Sequence record: PZ445498.1
Length of the DNA: 64,000 bases
Source of the DNA: a phage
Direction: 5' to 3' (one strand)
Shown piece by piece: positions 53,961 to 63,489 of the stretch. Every line of letters begins with the position of its first letter. Position 1 is the first letter of the stretch. The notes under the pieces were generated by a model. It saw nothing but the letters and a program-made list of their open reading frames with translations, did no database searches and was not told the origin of the DNA. A program made the translations under genes and the position numbers.

Positions 53961-54370
53961 GTTTTAAATTTGGTAAAAATAGCGAAAAACAATTAGCAAC
54001 TGTTAAGCCCGAGCTACAAAAGGTAGCTCGTAGGGCTTTAGAATTATCTCCATATGATTTCACAATCGTACAGGGTATTCGTACAGTAGCACAAAGTGCC
54101 CAAAACATTGCTAATGGTACTTCATTTTTGAAAGACCCTAGCAAGAGTAAGCATGTAACTGGAGACGCTATCGATTTTGCACCATATATTAATGGAAAGA
54201 TTGATTGGAAAGATCTGGAAGCATTTTGGGCTGTTAAGAAGGCTTTTGAACAAGCTGGTAAGGAACTTGGTATCAAACTTCGTTTTGGTGCCGACTGGAA
54301 TAGTTCTGGTGATTATCATGATGAGATCGATCGTGGTACTTACGACGGTGGTCACGTAGAATTAGCCTGA
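53957..54370 (+). CDS. lys: endolysin, L-alanyl-D-glutamate peptidase (peptidase M15 family)
   Basis: 137 aa; zinc-ligand motifs HVTGDAIDF and DGGHVE typical of M15 peptidases. Confidence 0.8.
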   Translation: MSFKFGKNSEKQLATVKPELQKVARRALELSPYDFTIVQGIRTVAQSAQNIANGTSFLKDPSKSKHVTGDAIDFAPYINGKIDWKDLEAFWAVKKAFEQAGKELGIKLRFGADWNSSGDYHDEIDRGTYDGGHVELA

Positions 54371-54376
54371 TAATAA

Positions 54377-54400
54377 ATCAAGGCGGGAGTTACCCCGCCT
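54377..54400 (+). terminator. rho-independent terminator after endolysin
   Basis: Hairpin GGCGGG-AGTTAC-CCCGCC followed by TTTT. Confidence 0.65.
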
Positions 54401-54445
54401 TTTAAAGCAAAGGGGGCTTTAAAAACTTAATGATAGGAGAAAGCC

Positions 54446-54862
54446 ATGTTTGCAGAACTATTCACCATGATGTTACTAGGAATATGGAAGATAAGCCTAG
54501 TAGTTTTCATTTTAATGATAATTCTTACGGTTGTCGCACTAGTTACCCAAAATGACACATTAAAGAAAGTCGTTCATGGGCTAGAGTATATAATTATGGG
54601 CACATTCGGCGTTTGCAAATGCAACTGCCAGAGAAATACGAAATATTGTTGGCTTTGGATGGAGTTAGAGAACTGCATCACAGTAGCCCTGGCTGTCTCA
54701 TTCGGTATGATTCTTATGGCCCTTACTCTAGCATTGATACCACTGATGTTAGCTGGGGGAGTCACGGCTTATTTCACCCTTTTCTCCCCTATACTTATGT
54801 ATTCAATATATCCAATAACAATGTACTTAGTTAGGAAGAGATTCCCACATCAAGCACATTAA
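54446..54862 (+). CDS. hypothetical multi-pass membrane protein, holin candidate
   Basis: Four predicted TM segments, adjacent to endolysin. Confidence 0.45.
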   Translation: MFAELFTMMLLGIWKISLVVFILMIILTVVALVTQNDTLKKVVHGLEYIIMGTFGVCKCNCQRNTKYCWLWMELENCITVALAVSFGMILMALTLALIPLMLAGGVTAYFTLFSPILMYSIYPITMYLVRKRFPHQAH

Positions 54863-54875
54863 TATAAAAAAGTGT

Positions 54876-54904
54876 TTGACTTTCCGCTGAAATTTTTATA
54901 TAAT
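54876..54904 (+). promoter_or_regulatory. early promoter
   Basis: TTGACT-17-TATAAT plus TGTATAAATTGAATCAGAGGAG leader. Confidence 0.7.
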
Positions 54905-54937
54905 ATTTGTATAAATTGAATCAGAGGAGTTTCACAA

Positions 54938-55345
54938 ATGTCAGATCGTTACTATACTCAGATGGCTAACCATTACAATATGGCTCCGTATGAATTGAAC
55001 ATCGCATTACGTGACCTCGATTCACCAGAGCGTGCAAAACTTGATAAAAAGGCGGGAATTCGTATGTCTAGCAAGGGCAAGAAACTTACTCGTATTGACT
55101 TAAATACCATGCTAATGGAAGAGCTTGGCGTGAATATTGAAGGTCAGAAGTTGCCTCTCAATGTTCTTGAAACGATGCTGGATAAAGTCAAAAAGAAAAC
55201 CTATAAGAAAGTACAAGTACCGGAAGGCAGGCTAAAAGCCCCTTATCAGGCTGCTGTATCTGAGTGCTTAGGTGCTACCTTAGATCTTAGCACTGCAACT
55301 GTTAAAGTGATGCGTGCGTTTTTAGAGGCAGTTAATAAATTGTGA
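54938..55345 (+). CDS. hypothetical protein
   Basis: 135 aa after promoter 54876-54904. Confidence 0.5.
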   Translation: MSDRYYTQMANHYNMAPYELNIALRDLDSPERAKLDKKAGIRMSSKGKKLTRIDLNTMLMEELGVNIEGQKLPLNVLETMLDKVKKKTYKKVQVPEGRLKAPYQAAVSECLGATLDLSTATVKVMRAFLEAVNKL

Positions 55346-55869
55346 TTACCCAAGAAAGATTGAAGGAGCTTCTAGAGTACAATCCAGATACAGGGATATT
55401 TATATGGAAGAGCCGAAAGATAGATAGAAGTGGTTTTAACAAGCAATTCGCAGGAAAAGTTGCTGGCAATCCTCAAAATAACGGTTATATCAATATTACT
55501 GTTGATTCCGAAGTTCATGGGGCACATAGATTAGCTTTTCTTTACATGGAAGGCTATATGCCTGCAAGGGTAGACCACGAAAACATGGTTAGGTCTGATA
55601 ACAAATGGCTTAACCTACGAGAAGCTACAGTCTCTCAAAATGGTGCTAATGCGTTAAAGTATTCGAATAATAGTTCTGGATATAAGAACGTATACTGGAC
55701 AAAGAAAACGTGTAAATGGCAAGTACAGGTTATGAAAGATGGTAAATCCTACTCGGGAGGATACTTCACAAACCTCAAAGATGCTGTAGAAACTGCCAAT
55801 GAGTTAAGATTTGAATTATTTGGGGAATTTGCCCTATATGAACCATTTAAAGGAGATAAACATGAGTAA
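55342..55869 (+). CDS. HNH homing endonuclease with AP2-like domain
   Basis: Third paralog of 21899 and 36897 genes (VDHENMVRSDNKWLNLREAT, GEFALYEPF tail). Confidence 0.7.
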   Translation: MITQERLKELLEYNPDTGIFIWKSRKIDRSGFNKQFAGKVAGNPQNNGYINITVDSEVHGAHRLAFLYMEGYMPARVDHENMVRSDNKWLNLREATVSQNGANALKYSNNSSGYKNVYWTKKTCKWQVQVMKDGKSYSGGYFTNLKDAVETANELRFELFGEFALYEPFKGDKHE

Positions 55870-56152
55870 ATTAGTATATCTATTAAAGGGATCTACCTGC
55901 AATCCTTGTAAACTTTTCGAGCCTGTATTCGATAAAGTAGTACAGGACTACAGTCTAGAAGTTCATAAAGAGACTGATAATACAGAACTTATGCAGAAAT
56001 TTGGCGTTCGTCAGGTTCCTGTAGTAGTTTTAGCAGATCGTCTCCCGAATGGTCGTGTGGAAGCCAACCACATTCTGATTGGTCGTCAACTTCGTAAAGA
56101 AACTATGCATGACGCAATCAAAAACTTCCTGGAAGATAATCCAGAAGATTAA
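55862..56152 (+). CDS. thioredoxin/glutaredoxin-like protein
   Basis: Start ATG 55862; N-terminal CNPC redox motif in thioredoxin-fold context. Confidence 0.55.
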   Translation: MSKLVYLLKGSTCNPCKLFEPVFDKVVQDYSLEVHKETDNTELMQKFGVRQVPVVVLADRLPNGRVEANHILIGRQLRKETMHDAIKNFLEDNPED

Positions 56153-56159
56153 TAAATCT

Positions 56160-56193
56160 AACCCAGATCTTAGCTGATCTGGGTTTTTCTTTA
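56160..56193 (+). terminator. rho-independent terminator
   Basis: Hairpin ACCCAGATC-TTAGCT-GATCTGGGT followed by TTTTCTTT. Confidence 0.7.
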
Positions 56194-56194
56194 T

Positions 56195-56223
56195 TTGCCA
56201 AACGCCTAAAATTTTGATATAAT
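56195..56223 (+). promoter_or_regulatory. early promoter
   Basis: TTGCCA-17-TATAAT plus TTATAAATTGATGAGAGGAG leader. Confidence 0.75.
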
Positions 56224-56254
56224 ATATTTATAAATTGATGAGAGGAGTATCACA

Positions 56255-56635
56255 TTGAATTACGCATATCTTATAATACATAATAACGTGGTCTGTGGTA
56301 CTCGTGCTGTAGAAATGGGAATCACAGAAGAAAAATATAAGTCACTGCCTGAAAAGGAGCAAGAATATTATGTTGAGCAAGCTGCTTGGGAATATGCTGA
56401 GGCTTATCCCGAAGAACGTGAAGGCCGTGTTACTATTGTTGTTACTTTGGGGCTGGTGGGCTGTGATACCGAAGTTGATACAGATATAGAAACACTTGAA
56501 GAATGGGAAGAGTTGGATATTGCAGAACAAAATGCTATCATCCATCAATCTTTCTGGGAAGCAGTAGACTGTCACGTTGTCTTTGAGCCAAACGATACAG
56601 AAGCTGAAAAACACACTAATTGGATGACTCGATAA
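56255..56635 (+). CDS. hypothetical acidic protein
   Basis: TTG start 6 nt after GAGAGGAG RBS. Confidence 0.45.
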   Translation: MNYAYLIIHNNVVCGTRAVEMGITEEKYKSLPEKEQEYYVEQAAWEYAEAYPEEREGRVTIVVTLGLVGCDTEVDTDIETLEEWEELDIAEQNAIIHQSFWEAVDCHVVFEPNDTEAEKHTNWMTR

Positions 56636-57498
56636 TGAAAAAAGAATTTAACCTGCACGAAATGTTAGTAGTACCAGACGATGTTAACCTGTTCTTCGTA
56701 GGAGATATTCACGGCTGTAATGATATGCTGGAAGATGCTCTTAAACTAGCAGGATATAAAGAAAAGCGTGACTATGTTGTCTGTGTTGGCGACTTAATTG
56801 ACCGTGGCCCGCAGAACTTACAGGTTCTAGCCAAATTCTTATATAACCCACGCTTCCGTAGCGTTCGTGGCAATCATGATCAGTTTATGATTGCCGGGGA
56901 TTATGCCAACTGGATGTATAATGGTGGAATGTGGGCAATGAATGATCTGGATACCAATACAATTAAAGGTATCGCAGAAGATATGGCAGTTAAAATGCCA
57001 GTATTCATGACTGTACTCCATCGTGGCATGAAATACGGTGTTGTTCATGGTGGAATACCCTTCCAGTATAAAGATGCGGGATTCGATGTACATACACCTA
57101 ATTGGGACGATATTATCGATCATATCGCTGCAAGTGAAAATGATCCTAATGATCATCCTAGTTATTACATTGAGCCATATCTATTGGATCGTGATGTAAT
57201 TCAGGAAATTGGTTTTCATCTGTCTAAGCAAGGTGCAGAGCACCCCTATTTCCAGCGTTATGCAGGATTTAAAGATGAATTGACTGTGGAAGTACCAGAA
57301 GTTGAGAGTGTGGATTTCGTATTCCACGGACACACTGGTGTTCCTTACCCAATTCTGTACAAGAACCGTGTTTATCTCGATACTGGCGGTGTTTTCAACG
57401 GGCAGTTGACGGTTGCGCAAGTTAATGATGAAGCCGGTAAGATCATGACATTTACCACAGATAAAAATGATAGCTGTGGTGTACAGAGGATTCTGTAA
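56635..57498 (+). CDS. serine/threonine protein phosphatase (PPP-family metallophosphoesterase)
   Basis: Motifs GDIHGC, GDLIDRG, RGNHD. Confidence 0.8.
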   Translation: MKKEFNLHEMLVVPDDVNLFFVGDIHGCNDMLEDALKLAGYKEKRDYVVCVGDLIDRGPQNLQVLAKFLYNPRFRSVRGNHDQFMIAGDYANWMYNGGMWAMNDLDTNTIKGIAEDMAVKMPVFMTVLHRGMKYGVVHGGIPFQYKDAGFDVHTPNWDDIIDHIAASENDPNDHPSYYIEPYLLDRDVIQEIGFHLSKQGAEHPYFQRYAGFKDELTVEVPEVESVDFVFHGHTGVPYPILYKNRVYLDTGGVFNGQLTVAQVNDEAGKIMTFTTDKNDSCGVQRIL

Positions 57499-57782
57499 TG
57501 GAAAAACCTATTATACCAACAATTACTAAGTATTGTAACTTTGAGTCTCTAGGCTGGGCTGGCTTTATTGATGTTGAGGGGATACGATCTATATCCCCCG
57601 CATTTGAAGAAGATAATAGGCTCTTTATTATTATCTCGTATGAGAAGGGAGAACCAGTAAAACTTTACGCTAAAACACTAGAGAATGCTAACGATTTAGC
57701 CAAACATATCTTTAATCATATGAATGAATTTAAAGATAAGTGGAATCGCTATCAATATGAGCACCATATGTATTGGTTATAA
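57498..57782 (+). CDS. hypothetical protein
   Basis: 94 aa ORF, start overlaps upstream stop. Confidence 0.5.
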   Translation: MEKPIIPTITKYCNFESLGWAGFIDVEGIRSISPAFEEDNRLFIIISYEKGEPVKLYAKTLENANDLAKHIFNHMNEFKDKWNRYQYEHHMYWL

Positions 57783-57798
57783 CTAAAAAGAGGTATTA

Positions 57799-58005
57799 AT
57801 GAAAAAGCTGGTATTCTTATCTACATTGCTGTTAGCTGGATGTGATTCCTACGACGATAATATGAGATTTACTGCAGAAGATACAAAACACTTATGTGAT
57901 GTAGCTGGAGGTGAGCTAGATTATTCCAGTATTCAAATTGGACTCACAAAAGGTATATTCTACGATAGTTATACTATTACATCCACATGTGTAAGGGATA
58001 AATAA
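57799..58005 (+). CDS. hypothetical lipoprotein
   Basis: Lipobox LLAGC after signal peptide. Confidence 0.5.
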   Translation: MKKLVFLSTLLLAGCDSYDDNMRFTAEDTKHLCDVAGGELDYSSIQIGLTKGIFYDSYTITSTCVRDK

Positions 58006-58595
58006 TGAAAGTTAAATTCTGGTCGGATTTGCACTTAGACCACCCTGGAACTCTTCGCTTCCGTCCGTGGTTTAAGAATATGAAAGAACATGATGAATAT
58101 ATCCTAGATACTTTGTCCAAGCACATTGGCAAGCGTATTAAGCTCGTCTTGCTAGGGGATATTGCCGTGGGGCGTGAAGGGTTGGCTAAATTAAAGTCGG
58201 TTATCCACAATGTGCCTAACCAGTTAATCATGGGCAACCACGATGCTGAACGTCAGGGTCTGCGTATTAAAGATCTTGTAGACGTTTATGATGATATTCA
58301 GGCTCTAGGTAAGCAAACAGGTGGTGGCAAGAAGTTTTGGCTGTCACATTGTCCATTGCACGAAGCAGAACTTCGTGGTAGGCTAAACATTCACGGACAT
58401 GTGCACACTAATTCTGTGCGTGACCCACGTTATATCAACGTCTCTTTTGAGATGAGCAAGACTCCTATTCCTCTAGAGGATATTGTGTCTGGCAAATTCA
58501 CAAGCTATGATAAAGTGGTTAACTGCACTACTGGTGAAGTACTCCAAATCGATGAAGATGTGGCAGCGGTATTGAGTGGAGATATCAATGTTTGA
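58005..58595 (+). CDS. calcineurin-like metallophosphoesterase
   Basis: Motifs LGDIAVG, GNHD, GHVHT. Confidence 0.65.
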   Translation: MKVKFWSDLHLDHPGTLRFRPWFKNMKEHDEYILDTLSKHIGKRIKLVLLGDIAVGREGLAKLKSVIHNVPNQLIMGNHDAERQGLRIKDLVDVYDDIQALGKQTGGGKKFWLSHCPLHEAELRGRLNIHGHVHTNSVRDPRYINVSFEMSKTPIPLEDIVSGKFTSYDKVVNCTTGEVLQIDEDVAAVLSGDINV

Positions 58596-58654
58596 TTTTG
58601 ATGGAATGACTCGTGATATAGTTATAACAGCAGCAATAATTGTTGTTGTTTCTT

Positions 58655-58690
58655 TCTTACTTGGCCTAGGCTTAGGCCTTTTATTTTAAA
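58655..58690 (+). terminator. rho-independent terminator
   Basis: Hairpin GGCCTAGGCTTAGGCC followed by TTTTATTTT. Confidence 0.6.
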
Positions 58691-58697
58691 ACTTCAT

Positions 58698-58726
58698 TTG
58701 CTAAAACTCTTAGTTTTCTGTATAAT
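58698..58726 (+). promoter_or_regulatory. early promoter
   Basis: TTGCTA-17-TATAAT plus TTATAAATTGATGAGAAGGAATC leader. Confidence 0.75.
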
Positions 58727-58756
58727 TACTTTATAAATTGATGAGAAGGAATCAAA

Positions 58757-59188
58757 ATGCAAAAGATTGATAAAGCACTCTTAATCGCAACAGCTGATAA
58801 GTTTGAGCAAGTTAAAGCTACTTTTAAGGCAGTCTTTCAGTCCTATGTTCAAGACAAATCGAACCCTATTTCTGAGCGTTTGATGATGTGGGAATGTTTT
58901 GCTTGCAATGCTCTGCTAATTTCCGATTATAAGGGAGAAGTATCTGAGGAATTGCATGAGATCTTTATTAATGAGGATACTCCACGCTATCAGTTAGTGA
59001 ACTTCCAAGATTTAGCTGAGCAAGTTATTCCTGATGATCTTTGGGACAAGTATTACGGTGATCCTGAAGAAGATGGTATGGAACCTGAGAAGTGCATCGA
59101 ACTGATCTGTAAGGATCATCCTGAAATTGCTGAGAAATTTGAGTTAGTATTTGCTTCTGAGTTCTCAGGTTTCGTTAACGATTGGTAA
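58757..59188 (+). CDS. hypothetical acidic protein
   Basis: 143 aa after promoter 58698-58726. Confidence 0.5.
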   Translation: MQKIDKALLIATADKFEQVKATFKAVFQSYVQDKSNPISERLMMWECFACNALLISDYKGEVSEELHEIFINEDTPRYQLVNFQDLAEQVIPDDLWDKYYGDPEEDGMEPEKCIELICKDHPEIAEKFELVFASEFSGFVNDW

Positions 59189-59205
59189 GTAAATAAAAAA
59201 TTCAG

Positions 59206-59234
59206 TTGCTTTTAGCTTTAAAATTCTGTATAAT
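59206..59234 (+). promoter_or_regulatory. early promoter
   Basis: TTGCTT-17-TATAAT plus TCATAAATTAATGAGAGAGGAAATTC leader. Confidence 0.75.
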
Positions 59235-59266
59235 AAGTTCATAAATTAATGAGAGAGGAAATTCTA

Positions 59267-59518
59267 ATGGAAAACATGACTAAAACTGAAATGGCTAACG
59301 TTCTGGCAATTCTCCTCGATATGCAGGGTTTTGAAGGTCAGCTCATGAAGATGTCTATTCCGGCAATGAAAAAGATGTACGATTCTCTGAATAAGAATGC
59401 TATGGCATTCAACCTCGCAAAACAGGAAGCACGTTTTGCGAAAGAGCATCAAGCAACTGCCGAACGTCGTGCAGCATCTTTTGAGCGTGAAGTTAAGCAA
59501 CTAAAAGGTAAGAAATAA
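59267..59518 (+). CDS. hypothetical protein
   Basis: Start ATG 59267 after GAGAGAGGA RBS; track ATG 59249 is the ATG embedded in the promoter leader box. Confidence 0.5.
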   Translation: MENMTKTEMANVLAILLDMQGFEGQLMKMSIPAMKKMYDSLNKNAMAFNLAKQEARFAKEHQATAERRAASFEREVKQLKGKK

Positions 59519-59937
59519 TGACTAACGGAAAATTCTTACTTGTACTAGGGCTGAATGCCCTAGTTTCCCTGGCTATCACGCTTGGTGTTACCGATTTCAC
59601 GCTCAACCAGCGTGATAAAGTTGACGAAGACGCACCAGTATCAATTTCAGTAACTGAATATATCTATCCAGAAGTTAAAGAAAGGGCAGAACGTAATAAA
59701 GTGCTCGCAGAAGCAGAAGTTATACGCCAACAAGCTAATCTAGACGAAGCTCTTTCAAAATATTCCGGCGTAGAGGTTTTTGATGCGTATAAGCTAAATG
59801 ATATTATTGAAGCAAAACTTCAAATTGAAGAAGGTAAACGCTTTTGTAACGCAAGTGGTGCATCCCTAGTAAAGATTAAATTTTACCAAATGACAAGCCC
59901 CTACATTAAATGTAGTAATGGAGTAATAGATAAATGA
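59518..59937 (+). CDS. hypothetical membrane-anchored protein
   Basis: N-terminal TM helix. Confidence 0.5.
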   Translation: MTNGKFLLVLGLNALVSLAITLGVTDFTLNQRDKVDEDAPVSISVTEYIYPEVKERAERNKVLAEAEVIRQQANLDEALSKYSGVEVFDAYKLNDIIEAKLQIEEGKRFCNASGASLVKIKFYQMTSPYIKCSNGVIDK

Positions 59938-60215
59938 TAACGGAAATTCTAATTGGATTGCTAGTAATTACAACAATAGCAGCAATCGGTGGTATAATTG
60001 GCATCATTAATGCTAGTAAAAATATGGAAGCTATGAAGCTTACCAACGAAGGCTTACACAAACGTCTGGTCGAGCAAGAAGAAGCTATTGAAATGGCTCA
60101 ACGTAGATCAGATATTCTTAAAGATAAACTGACAACTATCGAATCAATAGCAGGGAATACGAAATTGCCTCCTAAAATCCTTCGTTCCCAGATAATTACG
60201 GAGATTAAGAAATGA
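59934..60215 (+). CDS. hypothetical membrane-anchored protein
   Basis: N-terminal TM helix, coiled-coil. Confidence 0.5.
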   Translation: MITEILIGLLVITTIAAIGGIIGIINASKNMEAMKLTNEGLHKRLVEQEEAIEMAQRRSDILKDKLTTIESIAGNTKLPPKILRSQIITEIKK

Positions 60216-60457
60216 TCATGTTTCTCTTAGCGATGTACATTGTAGTTATTGCAGTTTTGGTTCAAAAATATCATACTTGGTCAATTAAGAATGTTGCAAA
60301 AGTAGCACTATTCATTATTCCGGTTCCAGTTCTTATTATTGCTCTAGCCTTGACAATGATCGCAGGCAAGATCACTAAGACCAATGTTAAACGAATTATC
60401 GACGAAATCCAGCAATCTTCTGACCTAATTGAGGATATCCTGAAAGATGAAGCTTAA
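60212..60457 (+). CDS. hypothetical membrane protein
   Basis: Two TM helices. Confidence 0.5.
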   Translation: MIMFLLAMYIVVIAVLVQKYHTWSIKNVAKVALFIIPVPVLIIALALTMIAGKITKTNVKRIIDEIQQSSDLIEDILKDEA

Positions 60458-60776
60458 TCATTTAGAAGCAACTTTACTGCACGAGTTCTTGGGTTTTGTT
60501 ACAGATGGTTTCATTCAAACAGATACTCAAACTACTGAAGTTTTAACTCGGATTCGTGGAAAGCTAGAAGGCACATTGGAAGATTTCTGGAGACCACTGT
60601 CTGAACTGCCTCCACTTCATCTGAAAGTTATTGTTAAAGATATTGAGACTGGCGAAGAACGTGAAATGATCCGCAAAGAATATGCGGATAGTTATTCTCC
60701 AGCTTCTATGGTTATGCATCATGATGATGAAGCAGAAACTCTTTGGACAGCCCATTACAAATGGCGCCTCCCGTGA
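60447..60776 (+). CDS. hypothetical protein
   Basis: 109 aa ORF. Confidence 0.5.
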   Translation: MKLNHLEATLLHEFLGFVTDGFIQTDTQTTEVLTRIRGKLEGTLEDFWRPLSELPPLHLKVIVKDIETGEEREMIRKEYADSYSPASMVMHHDDEAETLWTAHYKWRLP

Positions 60777-60876
60777 TTGAATTATCAACTGTTACGGCAA
60801 TCCTAGTCTTCGGCTTAGTGGTTGCCGTTTTCATCATCGTGGAGCAAGCCAAAGTAATAAGGAGACTTAAAAATAA

Positions 60877-61074
60877 ATGTTAAGGTTATACACTCAGTTT
60901 CCCCAGCTATTGACCGAATACTTTGAGCTACTACCTCAAATTATGTTTTTAGCTAGTTTAGTGAATATCACGTTCAGACAACTAGGATTTGATGTTCCAC
61001 CATTCAATATTACCGAAGTTCTTCCAGTTATGTACGAAGGCATTATAGTAGCGTTTAACGGAGTTCGCAAATGA
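60877..61074 (+). CDS. hypothetical small protein
   Basis: 65 aa ORF. Confidence 0.4.
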   Translation: MLRLYTQFPQLLTEYFELLPQIMFLASLVNITFRQLGFDVPPFNITEVLPVMYEGIIVAFNGVRK

Positions 61075-61538
61075 CAGCACTGCAAAGATTACAGAATTAC
61101 TGGTTTGATGGACAATTTAATGATTTATTCATTCAGTTGTTTGTCGAAACAAATGGACGCTTCAATTATCGCTTCTTCAATACATTCCATGAGTCGAAAT
61201 ACTCCCACACAGAAATTAATGCAGCGATTCAAGACCTCACAGGTTCTAAGGTAATTCCTTATCGTGATGTAGATTTCGCACCTGACTGTTTTGGTTTTGA
61301 ATTGTTTAAGAAGGCATATAAATTCGGTAAGTTCGAAGATGCACGACATTGGGTTCATGACTTCTGGTATAATACTGATATCGTTCCTAGCCGTGTACTG
61401 ATCCTCAACTGGATTGCAAAACAACATCCGCCGAAGGCACAATCGGCATTCCTTCCAACTGATACAGGAAATCTTTACCATGACACAAAAGAAAAATCCA
61501 GTGCTAGAGCAGATGAAGCAGTTGGAGAAGCGGATTGA
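61071..61538 (+). CDS. hypothetical protein
   Basis: 155 aa ORF. Confidence 0.5.
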   Translation: MTALQRLQNYWFDGQFNDLFIQLFVETNGRFNYRFFNTFHESKYSHTEINAAIQDLTGSKVIPYRDVDFAPDCFGFELFKKAYKFGKFEDARHWVHDFWYNTDIVPSRVLILNWIAKQHPPKAQSAFLPTDTGNLYHDTKEKSSARADEAVGEAD

Positions 61539-61863
61539 GGAAGGTACTCTAGAAGGTCGAGATATTGTTAATCATGCCTTCGATCTTACTACAGACCATG
61601 CTGACCCAATCGTTGCAGGTGAAACAGCAGATCTTATTGGTCTCTTAATGGCAGTTGGCCAGTTAATGGACATTACTCAGGAAGAGATTGATAATGGTGA
61701 AGAAGTTACTGTTCAAGATGTTCTTGGTGCTGTAGATCTGGTTGTTAATGCCTATGCTTATAAACGTCGCCATGCAATTAATGAGTATTCAGTATCTCGT
61801 GAGATTACTGAATCTCTTCTAGAAACTGCTGATATGGCCTTAAACGGCAAGAAACTTCACTAA
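61480..61863 (+). CDS. hypothetical acidic protein
   Basis: Start tentatively ATG 61480; overlaps upstream gene end. Confidence 0.4.
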   Translation: MTQKKNPVLEQMKQLEKRIEEGTLEGRDIVNHAFDLTTDHADPIVAGETADLIGLLMAVGQLMDITQEEIDNGEEVTVQDVLGAVDLVVNAYAYKRRHAINEYSVSREITESLLETADMALNGKKLH

Positions 61864-61873
61864 GGAAATAATT

Positions 61874-62296
61874 ATGCAATTTAACGTTATATCTGCTTTT
61901 CCAGGGTGTGGTAAGACTTACTTTACTAAGTGTTTTCCACGTGTACTAGATTCAGATTCTTCTAAGTTCCCGAAGGATAACTTTCCAGCGAACTATATTG
62001 AGCACATTTCACAAGCTATAGAAGAAGGTAAACTGATCTTAGTTTCTAGCCATAAAGAAGTACGGGATGCTCTTCATGCTGCTGGAATAAATTTTATTCT
62101 GCTTTATCCAGAACGAGAGCTAAAAGAAGAATATTTAGCTAGGTATAAAGAAAGAGGAAGTCCTGATAGCTTTATCTCTTTACTTGATAGTAAATGGGAT
62201 GAATGGATAACCTCCTGTGAATGTGACCCTGCGATCTCTATTCCTATGGAATCAGGTGAATTTATAACGGATTTAGTGAGCATTGATGCTACCTAA
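61874..62296 (+). CDS. P-loop NTPase-like protein
   Basis: N-terminal Walker A FPGCGKTY; terminator follows. Confidence 0.5.
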   Translation: MQFNVISAFPGCGKTYFTKCFPRVLDSDSSKFPKDNFPANYIEHISQAIEEGKLILVSSHKEVRDALHAAGINFILLYPERELKEEYLARYKERGSPDSFISLLDSKWDEWITSCECDPAISIPMESGEFITDLVSIDAT

Positions 62297-62299
62297 TTT

Positions 62300-62335
62300 C
62301 TAGAGGCCAGGACTTAATTGTTCTGGCCTTTCGTG
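62300..62335 (+). terminator. rho-independent terminator
   Basis: Hairpin GGCCAGGACTTAATTGTTCTGGCC followed by TTT. Confidence 0.6.
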
Positions 62336-62860
62336 TATATTATGAGAGATAAAATAAACGAATTACTTTATGAGGAAGCACTACAATTCCCCCTAAATAG
62401 GTTCACTAAATCAGATGGATCTATTAATAGAACTAAGCTCAAACAACTTCATCCAGACTTCCAGCAAGATGCACTTAATCTTATCTTTATTAGAAGAGCT
62501 GTTGAAGCACATGGTAAGTTCTTTGGGTATGAAAGAGTTAAATATAGAACGATGCAACAGCAGGTTGAGATATATTGTCCAGATCACGATGGTTACTTCT
62601 TGCAAACTGCACGGTCTCACTTAGAAGGACATGGTTGCCGATTATGTGCTCATAAAGTTGTGACACGCTTAACAGAATATGGAGTGTACACCGTACCAGC
62701 ACCTTTCCACAAATTTGTAGTTGACGGTGAGCACATAATTTGGTATAATAAAGATCAAAAGTTAAAACAGGAGTTAAAGAAAGATGGAGTACGTAGTCTG
62801 GTCAAACCCCTTAGCTCTACTCTCCCACAAACTATTCAAGACGACGTGGGGGAGGCATGA
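62318..62860 (+). CDS. hypothetical protein
   Basis: 180 aa ORF; Cys/His pairs CPDHDG and HGCRLC. Confidence 0.5.
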   Translation: MFWPFVYIMRDKINELLYEEALQFPLNRFTKSDGSINRTKLKQLHPDFQQDALNLIFIRRAVEAHGKFFGYERVKYRTMQQQVEIYCPDHDGYFLQTARSHLEGHGCRLCAHKVVTRLTEYGVYTVPAPFHKFVVDGEHIIWYNKDQKLKQELKKDGVRSLVKPLSSTLPQTIQDDVGEA

Positions 62861-63071
62861 GATAACTGTTAATGAGAATCCACTTAATCATCAACATCCT
62901 TTAGTCCCAACTCTCTATAAGATTATTATAAATGATACAGAATACTTATTAGATGATTTTGGTAAAGAGTTTGTACAAAAAGCCATAGACGACAATAATG
63001 TTTCTATGGGCGAATTAATTAATAGAGCATCTAATTTTGATAAGAGTTGGATGTTAATTTGGAGTAACTAA
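62784..63071 (+). CDS. hypothetical protein
   Basis: 95 aa ORF overlapping upstream gene end. Confidence 0.4.
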   Translation: MEYVVWSNPLALLSHKLFKTTWGRHEITVNENPLNHQHPLVPTLYKIIINDTEYLLDDFGKEFVQKAIDDNNVSMGELINRASNFDKSWMLIWSN

Positions 63072-63304
63072 TGGAAATTGTAGCAAGCGTCTTAGTAGTT
63101 ATGTTATTCATAGTAATACTCGTATCTTTCGTTATTATGCGTAGAGCCAGAGAATTAGCAGAGGATCTAACAAAGTTACGTGGAGAGGTGGCTACTCTTA
63201 AATTACAACGTGAATCTCTCAAGCTATTCGTGGCCCAAGGTAGCCTAGAACATACAGCAGAAGACTTCATAGTATATCTTAAACGTTACATGGGAATCAA
63301 ATAA
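63071..63304 (+). CDS. hypothetical membrane-anchored protein
   Basis: N-terminal TM helix then coiled-coil. Confidence 0.5.
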   Translation: MEIVASVLVVMLFIVILVSFVIMRRARELAEDLTKLRGEVATLKLQRESLKLFVAQGSLEHTAEDFIVYLKRYMGIK

Positions 63305-63489
63305 TGGAAACATTACTTCTTGTACTACTAGGCGGCTCACTCTTAACTATTCTAGGCTTGATAATTGTATGTAGTCGCCTCAATGTTAAGAATCTAGAAT
63401 TAGATAGTGAGAATCAGATTCTTAACCGAGAAATTAAACAACATAATATCGCAGCTCGTAAGCTGTTAGATAAACTGGAGAATAGATAA
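63304..63489 (+). CDS. hypothetical membrane-anchored protein
   Basis: N-terminal TM helix. Confidence 0.5.
   Translation: METLLLVLLGGSLLTILGLIIVCSRLNVKNLELDSENQILNREIKQHNIAARKLLDKLENR

Noticed and set aside
58606-58689. 27-codon hydrophobic peptide ORF (MTRDIVITAAIIVVVSFLLGLGLGLLF)
   Set aside because: Weak RBS, and its 3' end is the terminator hairpin at 58655-58690; could be real but not supportable from sequence alone
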